From positions 47,352 to 111,351 of the IMG/VR virus record IMGVR_UViG_3300029249_000109: 64,000 nt of DNA; one strand, 5' to 3'. The DNA is from a virus. Positions 55,348-63,916 of the stretch are shown here, piece after piece; positions within the stretch are counted from its first letter, which is position 1; every line of letters begins with the position of its first letter. The notes under the pieces are model-generated. The model had not been told where the DNA came from. It ran no database searches and worked only from the letters and a program-made list of their open reading frames with translations. The translations under genes were made by a program, and so were the position numbers.

Positions 55348-56193
55348 ATGACACACGAATGGGTTGAACAAGAAAAGAAACGGCTGGCTGAAAAGTTTGA
55401 AAATTATCCACAGCAACTTCTCGATGAATGGTATGCAATCCCTGAAGAGTATCGGGATGTTCGCTTGAAGAAATATAATCTCTGGCCAGAAATCACTAAC
55501 ATTGAAGCATCTATCAGAGAGGGAAGTCCTGTAAAACCAGTTGTTATCCACCTGCTTTTTACATATACAGATGAAGATTTCCTTGATTTTTATTTCAAAG
55601 ATAGAGAGGCGTTTATTCCTGCTGCGGCAAAGTATTACGCTCATTTTCATAAAAATTTAGGGCAATATTATGAGTATCTGGAGTACGGCACAGTGTCGGT
55701 TGAAGAGGCCGAAGATAAGGTTATGGATTTCAATGGTGATATTGTCATTACAGATCCGTGTTATCTGTCTGTAAATATGACGAACGAAGAGCGCCGCAGT
55801 TTTGATTGTACTTGTATGATCAATTATGGAATTATCGGCATTGAATCTGATACTTATTATGGCGATTGGAGCTGTACGACTTACGACAAGCTCTCTTTTA
55901 ACAAAAACAGCCGTCCAAAAGTAATCGGCAGATTCTGTGCAGACAGTGGTATGGTCTGTGTAGCGGATTTGCGGTCTGTCCTCAAGTTTAACCCGAAGTA
56001 CGATTATCACATCAAGAATGATCGGACTACTACATTAATAAGAAATTTCAAAGGTACGGTTCGTATTAAGATTGACCTGGTTGATGGCGGTAATGAAATC
56101 TATCCTGCTTATAGCGCTAGTGTAATTGGTCAGGGCGTCAACATCAAAACTGGTGAACCGATCGAATTTTATACGAGGCAAACGGGACTATGA
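55348..56193 (+). CDS. Hypothetical protein
   Basis: Start after gaggtggatt. Confidence 0.5.
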   Translation: MTHEWVEQEKKRLAEKFENYPQQLLDEWYAIPEEYRDVRLKKYNLWPEITNIEASIREGSPVKPVVIHLLFTYTDEDFLDFYFKDREAFIPAAAKYYAHFHKNLGQYYEYLEYGTVSVEEAEDKVMDFNGDIVITDPCYLSVNMTNEERRSFDCTCMINYGIIGIESDTYYGDWSCTTYDKLSFNKNSRPKVIGRFCADSGMVCVADLRSVLKFNPKYDYHIKNDRTTTLIRNFKGTVRIKIDLVDGGNEIYPAYSASVIGQGVNIKTGEPIEFYTRQTGL

Positions 56194-56306
56194 TGAATTA
56201 TATTTTGAGATTATTATCTCGATTTATTGATTTCTGCCTTGATTGGGCATGGTTAATTGTTCCGATTTGGGCATTTTGTTTTATTGCTGTGATGTTAATA
56301 ATCTAA
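56190..56306 (+). CDS. Small membrane protein (38 aa)
   Basis: Translates to MMNYILRLLSRFIDFCLDWAWLIVPIWAFCFIAVMLII; ATGA coupling. Confidence 0.35.
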   Translation: MMNYILRLLSRFIDFCLDWAWLIVPIWAFCFIAVMLII

Positions 56307-56326
56307 AGCGTAAAAAGGTGGTAAAA

Positions 56327-57130
56327 ATGACACGAGAAGAATTACAACGTATCATTGCGAGTGAACCGTATGATTTTCTACGTACTGATCCTCACCTTGG
56401 TAAGCATTTGATGTTTCTGACTATTGGCGGCAGCCATGCTTATGGAACGAATGTAGCAGGATCAGATGTTGATATTCGCGGTGTCGCTTTGAACTCCAAA
56501 GAGGATCTACTCGGGTTGGGTGAGTTTGAACATCATGTAGATACGGTGACGGATACAACGGTATTTAGTTTCAATAAAGCTGCGAAGTTATTGTGTAGCG
56601 GGAATCCAAACATGTTAGAACAACTCGGTAACGCAGATGAACTAGTTATCGATTATCATCCTACTACTAGACTGTTGACGGAAAATAAAAATTTATTCCT
56701 GTCGAAAAGGGTAATCTATTCATTTGGTGGATTTGCAGGAAAGCTGATCAAAGAAGCAGATGCTAAATGGCGTGCGTACCTGTATGAAGTTGAAGAATCT
56801 GGCGTGAATCCAAATGTTAAACCGTATATTCCATATGGAGAAAAACGTTTCAATAAGACTGTAATGAATGCGATTCGTTTATATCATATGTTGTTTGACA
56901 TTTTAGAAAAATGTGAAATCAACACTTATCGTGGGGCCGAGCACGATGTTTTGATGCAGATTCGAAACAGTGACTACGACTATGAAGAGTTGCGTAACCA
57001 TGTGATTCCTGTGTATGAGGCTAGACTGCAAGTTGACAAAAAGGAAAGTGAATTGCCAAATCACGTCAATATGAAGTTGGTCAATGAGTTAGTTGCGGCT
57101 ATCAATGAGCAGGCGCTAAAGGTGGTGTAA
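56327..57130 (+). CDS. Pol-beta-superfamily minimal nucleotidyltransferase (KNTase/Lnu/ANT-like)
   Basis: LTIGGSHAYGTNVAGSDVDIRGV fits G[GS]x9-13Dh[DE]h. RBS aaaggtggtaaaa. Confidence 0.6.
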   Translation: MTREELQRIIASEPYDFLRTDPHLGKHLMFLTIGGSHAYGTNVAGSDVDIRGVALNSKEDLLGLGEFEHHVDTVTDTTVFSFNKAAKLLCSGNPNMLEQLGNADELVIDYHPTTRLLTENKNLFLSKRVIYSFGGFAGKLIKEADAKWRAYLYEVEESGVNPNVKPYIPYGEKRFNKTVMNAIRLYHMLFDILEKCEINTYRGAEHDVLMQIRNSDYDYEELRNHVIPVYEARLQVDKKESELPNHVNMKLVNELVAAINEQALKVV

Positions 57131-57131
57131 A

Positions 57132-57278
57132 ATGAAAATCGAAGACTATTCGCCAGATGAATTGGCTGAAATTTTTAAGGAAGAATTAGATCGTCTTGGC
57201 ATCCCATATCATTATGATTTGGATGTGGAATCGAAATTTGAGCCCTTAATGCCTGATGAGCCGATTTTGAAAGTGTAA
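57132..57278 (+). CDS. Small hypothetical protein (48 aa)
   Basis: Overlaps the upstream stop codon. Confidence 0.35.
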   Translation: MKIEDYSPDELAEIFKEELDRLGIPYHYDLDVESKFEPLMPDEPILKV

Positions 57279-57353
57279 TTTATTGTACTATTAGGATGGT
57301 ATAATTATAAGAAAGGAGTGCGCCCTCCTAAAGTGAGGGTGTAAAAATTGAAT

Positions 57354-57956
57354 ATGTTGAAGCTGTCAGTGTCGAGTTCGAACAGCAAGATGGGTAATAT
57401 CAAATCCATCTCTATGCCTCGTGTGGTGACTTGTGCACCTGATGTGCCGTGTGCTAAGACGTGCTATGTTCGCCATTTTGATTGGCGCGGTGTGGTTCGA
57501 GACGCATACGAAAACAATCTGAATCTGTGGTTGACCGACCCTGATGGCTTTGAATTGCAGGCAACTGCTGCAGCTTATGGGTCTTTTTATTTTAGATGGC
57601 ACGTTAGCGGAGATATCATCAGTCAGGACTATCTTGCTATGATGTGTCGAGTCGCTCGTAAGTTGCCGCGCACTCATTTCTTGGCATTTACAAAACAGTA
57701 TAAAATCGTTAACCAGTATTTAGCAGCAAAAAAGAAAATTCCCAGCAATTTACATATTTTGTTTTCAGAATGGCCAGGGTATAATATGGATAACATCTAC
57801 AATTTACCAGTTGCTTATGTATCGTTCAAAAATGGAGTTTGCGATGCACCGGCAGACGCAAACGAATGTGGCGGTCACTGTGAAGATTGTGCATATGCCG
57901 GCAAGAACTGCTGGGTGTTGAAAAAGGGGCAATCTGTAGTGCTGCGCGAGCATTGA
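57354..57956 (+). CDS. Cys-rich hypothetical protein
   Basis: GGHCEDCAYAGKNC; RBS gagggtg. Confidence 0.5.
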   Translation: MLKLSVSSSNSKMGNIKSISMPRVVTCAPDVPCAKTCYVRHFDWRGVVRDAYENNLNLWLTDPDGFELQATAAAYGSFYFRWHVSGDIISQDYLAMMCRVARKLPRTHFLAFTKQYKIVNQYLAAKKKIPSNLHILFSEWPGYNMDNIYNLPVAYVSFKNGVCDAPADANECGGHCEDCAYAGKNCWVLKKGQSVVLREH

Positions 57957-57994
57957 TCTGCAGGCCCCTATTATAATAAGGTAGGAGGATGCAC

Positions 57995-58618
57995 ATGAAC
58001 TGTGTTATTACAAACGGTGCGTGCTACATTAAAAGAAACAGCGAGAACTTATTGGTTGCAACGGACAGCCTTGGAGACGCACTGTTGCAACCAGCTGAAA
58101 AGGCACAAGCGACAATCACGTGTCTACCAAAGGCATTACAGGACAAAGGATTCAAAGTAAAAAGTGTCTCGGAGATTCTTGGGCGAATAGAAACGACCAT
58201 GATGGCCGAGGTTGGAAGGGCTGAACAGGAACAGTATGATGCCGGCATTCCCATCAAAGAAGGGGAGACATTACATAATCTGAAACAGGCGCTGTTGATT
58301 GTAGACGAGACTCTTGGATCGATTCAGTCATTATATGTTGATGCTTGTAAAGAGCTAAACGATGTAAGCCTCGAAATTATTGATCTTCAGCATGCCATTG
58401 AATTCGCAAAGGCAAATGCGGTTAGAAAGTGCTATCTTGAAACAGAATTGCAAAAAGCGTTGCTTAAACGACGAGAATGCAAAGATGTAAAAGTGCTTGT
58501 CGAGTGTGTTATGGAGTTTGACAAAGGAGATTGGGGCACAGGAAAACTGCAGAAGGTTTTTGATCGATCTGAAAAGCGGTCTTATATGCCACGTATTCGC
58601 AACGACTTGTTTGAATAA
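57995..58618 (+). CDS. Hypothetical protein
   Basis: Strong RBS gtaggagg; the second ATG was chosen for spacing. Confidence 0.5.
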   Translation: MNCVITNGACYIKRNSENLLVATDSLGDALLQPAEKAQATITCLPKALQDKGFKVKSVSEILGRIETTMMAEVGRAEQEQYDAGIPIKEGETLHNLKQALLIVDETLGSIQSLYVDACKELNDVSLEIIDLQHAIEFAKANAVRKCYLETELQKALLKRRECKDVKVLVECVMEFDKGDWGTGKLQKVFDRSEKRSYMPRIRNDLFE

Positions 58619-58638
58619 AAACATAAAGGAGTACTATC

Positions 58639-59037
58639 ATGAGTGGAGTAGGTTCGTTCTTTTTAGGGTTGTTCGGTTTGGGTGCTTCTGCAGGTATTAG
58701 TGCAGGACAGTCCATCAGTCAGAAGAAAGCAGTTCGTGAAGCTGTTGCTGAGATGGGTTATGTTGGCACCCCTGATGTTCTGCGGATGAGGGAGCGCGTC
58801 CGTAAGGAATGGTGGGATATGTGCGGCGATTATTATAATGCATGTCACAAGTCCAAATTAGATTACGGTAATCCTTGGAAGACGCCTATGTGCTATCTGA
58901 CCAAGCGCTGGTTCGTTGCCCATCTAAAAGAGAAGGAGATTCCTTATGACGATGTGGTTGTGAACGATGTGACTGGCGTTTGCTATTATGAGCACCAGAA
59001 AAAAGTTTCGCAGGAGTGGATACGAAAGTTGGGTTAA
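58639..59037 (+). CDS. Hypothetical protein with an N-terminal glycine-zipper-like hydrophobic segment
   Basis: MSGVGSFFLGLFGLGASAGISAG. Confidence 0.5.
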   Translation: MSGVGSFFLGLFGLGASAGISAGQSISQKKAVREAVAEMGYVGTPDVLRMRERVRKEWWDMCGDYYNACHKSKLDYGNPWKTPMCYLTKRWFVAHLKEKEIPYDDVVVNDVTGVCYYEHQKKVSQEWIRKLG

Positions 59038-59051
59038 GAAGGAGTGTTAAC

Positions 59052-59270
59052 ATGAAAGTTTATGACGCATTAACGGCTGTACTTAGGGCTGTTGAAACGA
59101 ATCATGCCAAGTTACGAGCTGAGCCAGATTCCGATGGAAATACTCATGATAAATGGGAAGCGGAAGAAGATATTCTTTGTGATTTGGAGGAGACACTTGA
59201 GGAAGCCGTTGATAAATATGAAGAAGCAATGGAGATTCGGAAAAGTTTAAGAACAGCGATTTTAAAATAA
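59052..59270 (+). CDS. Hypothetical protein
   Basis: Start after aagaaggagtgttaac. Confidence 0.45.
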   Translation: MKVYDALTAVLRAVETNHAKLRAEPDSDGNTHDKWEAEEDILCDLEETLEEAVDKYEEAMEIRKSLRTAILK

Positions 59271-59382
59271 CAACCAATCGTGCTAATAAGGCTTGATTAT
59301 TAGTGAACTGTGTGGTAAAATAACAACCAGAGAAGAACGGCCGCAGCCATCAAAACTACAATTAGTTGTACCGGAGGATGAA

Positions 59383-59709
59383 ATGGTAAAAACTTTCACT
59401 GCGGATGAGTTTTTTGAATTCATCAAAAAATTTCGCTACATAGTCATAGGAGGATCATCCGATAGAGAATCCGGCGTATATGTGGAAACAAGAACCGATA
59501 ATTTAACGCTAGTTGAACGTTTAAGGAGCAAAAGCATTCAAGCTGATTTGTTTTCAGGAGGAACAAATCAAATCCAGGCTCGATTTGCGATAACAGGGAA
59601 TACTTTCCATTGTGATTTCGAAAATGAGCTTCTGGATCAAAATCAAAATTCTTTATTGGTCCATACAGATTTGAGCGGTGTTAAGATGCCAATCATATTA
59701 TATAATTGA
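59383..59709 (+). CDS. Hypothetical protein
   Basis: Start after accggaggatgaa. Confidence 0.45.
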   Translation: MVKTFTADEFFEFIKKFRYIVIGGSSDRESGVYVETRTDNLTLVERLRSKSIQADLFSGGTNQIQARFAITGNTFHCDFENELLDQNQNSLLVHTDLSGVKMPIILYN

Positions 59710-59712
59710 ATC

Positions 59713-59766
59713 TAAACAGAAGAAATACAAAATACTATTGACTTCTACTGTTTAAGGTGGTATAAT
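59713..59766 (+). promoter_or_regulatory. Consensus promoter (TTGACT-17-TATAAT) overlapped by an inverted pair of the recurring motif (TAAACAGAAGAAA ... ACTTCTACTGTTTA)
   Basis: -35 at 59738-59743, -10 at 59761-59766. Palindromic arms at 59713-59725 and 59741-59754. Confidence 0.6.
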
Positions 59767-59807
59767 GGGACCATAGAAAACAAGCCATAAACAAGGAGGT
59801 CATAAAT

Positions 59808-60203
59808 ATGTTCGTGGCTGGAAAAAGTGTCCCGAAGATTGGCGAAATTCGATTTGGATACGTCGTAGCGAATGACGATCGAGCCGCAACACACAAGTAC
59901 GTCGGAGTGCATCCGTATCTTGTGGTATCAAACAACATCTATAACAAATGTGCTGGACAGTGCGAAGTGATTCCATTCACGACAAAAAGAATTGGAAAGC
60001 ATAATCCGGTTCATGTTGATTATAAGGTTGGAGAGGTTAGCGGTTTGGTAAAAGACTCGACTCTTGTGATTGAGGGGAGAGACACCTTATTAAATTCACA
60101 ACTCAGCGAACCAATTGGAGAATTTACCGAGGACAATTGGAATAGAGCTGTTGAAGCGATGATGGTCCAGTGTCCGCTTCTAAAAAAGAAAAATGCCAGT
60201 TGA
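59808..60203 (+). CDS. MazF/PemK-like toxin-fold protein (type II TA endoribonuclease family), apparently solitary
   Basis: PKIGEIRFGYVVANDDRAATHKYVGVHPYLVVSNNIYNK...IPFTTKR resembles PemK/MazF. No obvious antitoxin ORF upstream. Confidence 0.5.
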   Translation: MFVAGKSVPKIGEIRFGYVVANDDRAATHKYVGVHPYLVVSNNIYNKCAGQCEVIPFTTKRIGKHNPVHVDYKVGEVSGLVKDSTLVIEGRDTLLNSQLSEPIGEFTEDNWNRAVEAMMVQCPLLKKKNAS

Positions 60204-60236
60204 GCTGCTCGAATTAACATAATTTGCACAATTCCA

Positions 60237-60270
60237 TTGCAAAATTCTTCTACATAGTGTAAAATACAAT
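60237..60270 (+). promoter_or_regulatory. Promoter candidate TTGCAA-17-TAAAAT
   Basis: Upstream of the AT-rich recombinase gene. Confidence 0.45.
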
Positions 60271-60304
60271 TGAGTGATTGCGACACCGTGTAGGAGCGTA
60301 AATT

Positions 60305-61375
60305 ATGGATATTAGTCAGCAGCTTTACAACGCAGAACAGAAAAACCTTTTTATAGAAGATTACATTGTCACAACAGGAAAATCAAAGCAATGTAATGAA
60401 ATCGAGAAGAGAAAGAGGGCTGTTAAGTTTCTGCGTGGGGTATCAAGTTTCGAATACCAGCACAACAAAGACTTTTGTACGTTTAAGATTGGCAGCGAAG
60501 AAATGAGATCCGTTTATGTTGGATGGCTTAACAATTGTTCGGAATCTACGGTTCGAATTGCCATATCAATTCTTCGTCAATATGTAAAATGGTGCTATAA
60601 AAAAGAGATCATTGATTATGCAACATATGCTAGTCATGCCTTGATTTCAAAGAATTCGGAACTATATATAAAGAGCGATACGGAAATGTCAATTCCAACA
60701 AAAATCACTTCTCCAGTGTTTTTAGCACAAAATATATCAGCGATGGAGAACGAATCAAGTGTTGGAGATGATTTTGTTTTTAAAACCGAAAATGGTTACT
60801 TTAACTATTTAAACGTCTTATTTGAAGACGATAAATATACAATGCCGGCTGCCGTTATGACTTTGTTCTACTACGGATTTTCAATTGAAGAAATACGTAG
60901 TCTGTACAGAAGAGATGTCGATTCTTCTGAAAGACGCATTCGAAACGTTATAATCGAAAACGAAACGGCAATGAAGCTGATTGAACGTGCAAAAAATTTG
61001 GATTCTTATGTCATTATTAAAGAAGATGGATATAAGAGAACAGAATATTTCATGGACTCAACACGTCTGATTCGCAATACTAGCAGAGGATGTGGAATGG
61101 TTTCCGAAGACCAAAAGATACCGAAAGAGTATTGCCACAAAATGAGGCAGTATCAGCTGATGGCATCAAAAAAACTTCCTCGAAATTCGAAATATAAAAA
61201 CGTCTTCATAAAGATGCCAACCGTGCAAAAACTTAGAGATTTTTATAAAATCTATAGAGACGAGCAGGAATTAGGCATCGAAGAGGTTAGACGTCGTTTC
61301 AACAATGGAACGTATAATGTGCAATTTGACTTTTATGCATATAAGATAATGGCATCTAAAGCGCGTGATATATAA
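60305..61375 (+). CDS. Tyrosine recombinase/integrase (second one; AT-rich gene)
   Basis: LFYYGFSIEEIRSLYRRDVD (box I Arg region), CHKMRQYQL (HxxR) and C-terminal FDFYAYKIM (Tyr). Confidence 0.55.
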   Translation: MDISQQLYNAEQKNLFIEDYIVTTGKSKQCNEIEKRKRAVKFLRGVSSFEYQHNKDFCTFKIGSEEMRSVYVGWLNNCSESTVRIAISILRQYVKWCYKKEIIDYATYASHALISKNSELYIKSDTEMSIPTKITSPVFLAQNISAMENESSVGDDFVFKTENGYFNYLNVLFEDDKYTMPAAVMTLFYYGFSIEEIRSLYRRDVDSSERRIRNVIIENETAMKLIERAKNLDSYVIIKEDGYKRTEYFMDSTRLIRNTSRGCGMVSEDQKIPKEYCHKMRQYQLMASKKLPRNSKYKNVFIKMPTVQKLRDFYKIYRDEQELGIEEVRRRFNNGTYNVQFDFYAYKIMASKARDI

Positions 61376-61381
61376 TACATC

Positions 61382-61404
61382 CGGGGCGAAAGCCCCGATG
61401 TTTA
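61382..61404 (+). terminator. Hairpin terminator with a GAAA tetraloop
   Basis: cggggc-gaaa-gccccg followed by atgtttat. Confidence 0.45.
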
Positions 61405-61413
61405 TCGAATTGT

Positions 61414-61429
61414 AAACAGTAGAAGTAAA
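61414..61429 (+). promoter_or_regulatory. Copy of the recurring motif AAACAGTAGAAGTAAA
   Basis: 16 nt upstream of the SLT gene's ATG. Confidence 0.4.
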
Positions 61430-61445
61430 CGAGAAAGGAGGAAAA

Positions 61446-62051
61446 ATGAAAAAGTTAATTTGTTCGATATTTTTAATATGTATCGGAATGAGTTTCTCGG
61501 TAGTAGCCAAAGCAGAAGATCCAATCGCCACTTATCAAGAGTGGCCATTATATTTAAAAACGTATACAGAAGAAGTAAGCAATGAATATGGAGTCGATTA
61601 CAGTTTGGTACTCGCAGTCATATACAACGAAAGCCGATTTAAAAGCGGACTGACTCATATGAACTCAAACGGAACAACCGATTATGGGCTGATGCAAGTC
61701 AATGAGGTTAATTTCAAATATTTGAACAAAACGCTCGGGATTGCATCAATGAATCAACTTTTGGATGATCGAGTGGGGATTAAATGCGGGGTACATCTTC
61801 TTGCTTATCATAAAAACGCTACAGGAAACGATTCCGCAGCCCTTTTACGGTATCAAGTAGGAGAGGGTACTTATAAAAAGTATATAAAACGTGGTAAATA
61901 TACAAATGATACGCATACGAGGGTGTGGCAATACAGAGATATTTATCATGAATATCTGAATCAAACGATTGCTGAATCAAAACTAGATGGATTCGTGAAG
62001 AGAGATCCGATTGAATCTATTTTAAATATGTGGGCAGAGATGCTCACTTGA
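61446..62051 (+). CDS. Secreted lytic transglycosylase (SLT domain)
   Basis: Signal peptide MKKLICSIFLICIGMSFSVVAKA. SLT motif ESRFKSG...DYGLMQVN. RBS gagaaaggaggaaaa. Confidence 0.7.
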   Translation: MKKLICSIFLICIGMSFSVVAKAEDPIATYQEWPLYLKTYTEEVSNEYGVDYSLVLAVIYNESRFKSGLTHMNSNGTTDYGLMQVNEVNFKYLNKTLGIASMNQLLDDRVGIKCGVHLLAYHKNATGNDSAALLRYQVGEGTYKKYIKRGKYTNDTHTRVWQYRDIYHEYLNQTIAESKLDGFVKRDPIESILNMWAEMLT

Positions 62052-62053
62052 TA

Positions 62054-62128
62054 AGCTGGTGTAGCTCAGAGGCAGAGCACGGTACTTGTAATGCCGGGGT
62101 CGAGATTCCGAAATTCTCCACCAGCTCC
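62054..62128 (+). tRNA. tRNA-Thr (anticodon UGU)-like with an atypical T-arm (T-loop tccgaaa, mismatch in the T-stem); could also be a phage attP core
   Basis: Acceptor gctggtg/caccagc, D-arm tagctcagaggcagagc, stem cggta/tgccg with loop ctTGTaa, encoded CCA. Confidence 0.5.
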
Positions 62129-62180
62129 ATTGAACGGCGGTAGCCGCATTAAAGATTACATATTTTAAAGGAGTAAGATT

Positions 62181-62822
62181 ATGACTACTGAAACTATGAC
62201 AATTCATCGCGGTCTGGCAGAGTTGAAGGTTATTGAAGATCGCATCAACAAGCTTCTTCGTGAAGCTAAGTTTTGTGCACCAGCTAAAAAGAGTATGAAG
62301 AAGTTGGATGGTGTGGATATCGATGAGTTTAAAACAAATGCTCAGTCCGTTTTCGATAAGATCACTGCACTGATTTCAAAGCAGGCAGCACTTAAGCGAG
62401 CGATTTCCGAATCCAACGCAAAGACTTATGTTACTGTGGCCGGGGTCAATTTCACCGTTGCAATGGCAATTTGGATGAATCAGCATGGCATTGATTTCCA
62501 GAGTGCACTGCTTAATGTAATCGATCGCCAGTACTCTAATGCCACTGCCGTAATTGAAAATGCAAACGCTCGTCTGAGTGATCGTGCTGACGCTTTTGTG
62601 AGCGCTACGAATTCCGCTTCAGATAAGAACAACATGGATGCTGAGACTCTGAAGGAAATCCGCCAGGATTACATGGATCGCGAGACTATGGCCCTGGTTG
62701 ATGGTATCGATGTTAAGAAGGTAAAGAGCGAACTGGCTGATAAGATCGATAAGTTCAAGGCCGAAGTCGATGCGGCACTGTCTGCTTCTAATGCTGTGAC
62801 TGAGATCACGATTGAATACTAA
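62181..62822 (+). CDS. Hypothetical protein with GC3-rich codon usage
   Basis: RBS aaaggagtaagatt; 213 aa, helical/coiled-coil character. Confidence 0.55.
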   Translation: MTTETMTIHRGLAELKVIEDRINKLLREAKFCAPAKKSMKKLDGVDIDEFKTNAQSVFDKITALISKQAALKRAISESNAKTYVTVAGVNFTVAMAIWMNQHGIDFQSALLNVIDRQYSNATAVIENANARLSDRADAFVSATNSASDKNNMDAETLKEIRQDYMDRETMALVDGIDVKKVKSELADKIDKFKAEVDAALSASNAVTEITIEY

Positions 62823-63129
62823 GTTGTAACACCGCAAGGTGTCTACATAATCACTGTTTATCGAAAATGACAAACCGTAATAGTTCGCTTTTGTTTGTAG
62901 GGACTTGCTTAAGCGAAATCAAAATATAAAAAGCTAACACCTATATAAAAGTGGCCTCATAAGCCTCCAAGATGAAAAAGCAAGTTTATATAAATAATAC
63001 TTGACTTTCTGATTTGCTAAATGGCTAAAGCGACAGACAGAAAATCTGTAACTGTAGGTTCGAATCCTGCATCAGAAAACAAAATCGATCAGTAAGCGGA
63101 ATCAACCCAAGGGAAGATACGAGCTGATC

Positions 63130-63210
63130 AAATTCATCCGGAAAGGTTAAAGTTTACGATTAAAGGTTAAAGGTTGAAAGTTCAAAGCTTAAACTTCTAG
63201 CTAAAGATTA
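63130..63210 (+). repeat. Degenerate tandem 8-9-bp repeats (aaaggttaa/aaggttgaa/aagttcaaa)
   Basis: ggaaaggttaaagtttacgattaaaggttaaaggttgaaagttcaaagcttaaacttc; iteron-like. Confidence 0.4.
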
Positions 63211-63352
63211 ACGTATAACGAATACAGGTCAAAGAATATTAAAATCCATGAGTTTGTGTTTGTGGATCAATTACGTAAGTCCCGTCGTTTACCACATGGC
63301 TGATAAATGGTGAACGCCTTGGCAGGGGCGTAACAATACCTGCCGTTTATAT

Positions 63353-63426
63353 GGTTCGGTAGCTCAGAAGGATAGAGCACTAGCCTGTCACGCTAGGGGT
63401 CGTGGGTTCAATCCCCATCCGAATCG
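63353..63426 (+). tRNA. tRNA-Asp (anticodon GUC)
   Basis: Stem ctagc/gctag with loop ctGTCac, T-arm gtggg-ttcaatc-cccat, acceptor ggttcgg/ccgaatc. Confidence 0.8.
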
Positions 63427-63431
63427 CTTAT

Positions 63432-63505
63432 GGTCCTATAGTTCAGTTGGTTAGAACGAGAGACTGTTAATCTCTATGTCACCTGTTCGAGTCAGGTTAG
63501 GACCT
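63432..63505 (+). tRNA. tRNA-Asn (anticodon GUU)
   Basis: Acceptor ggtccta/taggacc, stem agaga/tctct with loop ctGTTaa, T-arm acctg-ttcgagt-caggt. Confidence 0.8.
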
Positions 63506-63511
63506 CTTCGT

Positions 63512-63587
63512 GGTTCTGTAGCTCAGTCGGTAGAGCAGGGGACTGAAAATCCCCGTGTCGCCTGTTCAATTCAGGCCGGAACCACCA
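63512..63587 (+). tRNA. tRNA-Phe (anticodon GAA)
   Basis: Acceptor ggttctg/cggaacc, stem gggga/tcccc with loop ctGAAaa, encoded CCA. Confidence 0.8.
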
Positions 63588-63842
63588 ATGTGCAAGTTGA
63601 TTTGATGATTGAATTTGGTCGAAATCCTCCATAAAAGGTAGTCCGCCAAGGGCGAAAAATCAATATGAATTTTACCAATATGATGTTATCAATGGCGTTT
63701 GCAATAGGATTAGCGAGGTAGTCACACTCCTGATCAGGGGTTTATGTAGCAAGTTTGGTCAAACTGCGTGCCCTGACGATGTAAGATCCGCATTCCGAGC
63801 GCAACTGTGCGTGAGTCTCACCAGCTCGAAAACAGTTTATAT

Positions 63843-63916
63843 GGTCGTGTAGCTCAGACAATGGTAGAGCAAGGTGAGACCCACCCATTGCCGCTGGTTC
63901 GAGTCCAGCCACGACA
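63843..63916 (+). pseudogene. Degenerate tRNA-like element (intact D and T arms, disrupted anticodon arm with no U33, G1-A72 mismatch)
   Basis: D-arm tagctcagacaatggtagagc and T-arm gctgg-ttcgagt-ccagc are canonical. The anticodon region aggtgagacccacccat does not fold. A tRNA pseudogene or att-derived remnant. Confidence 0.35.
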
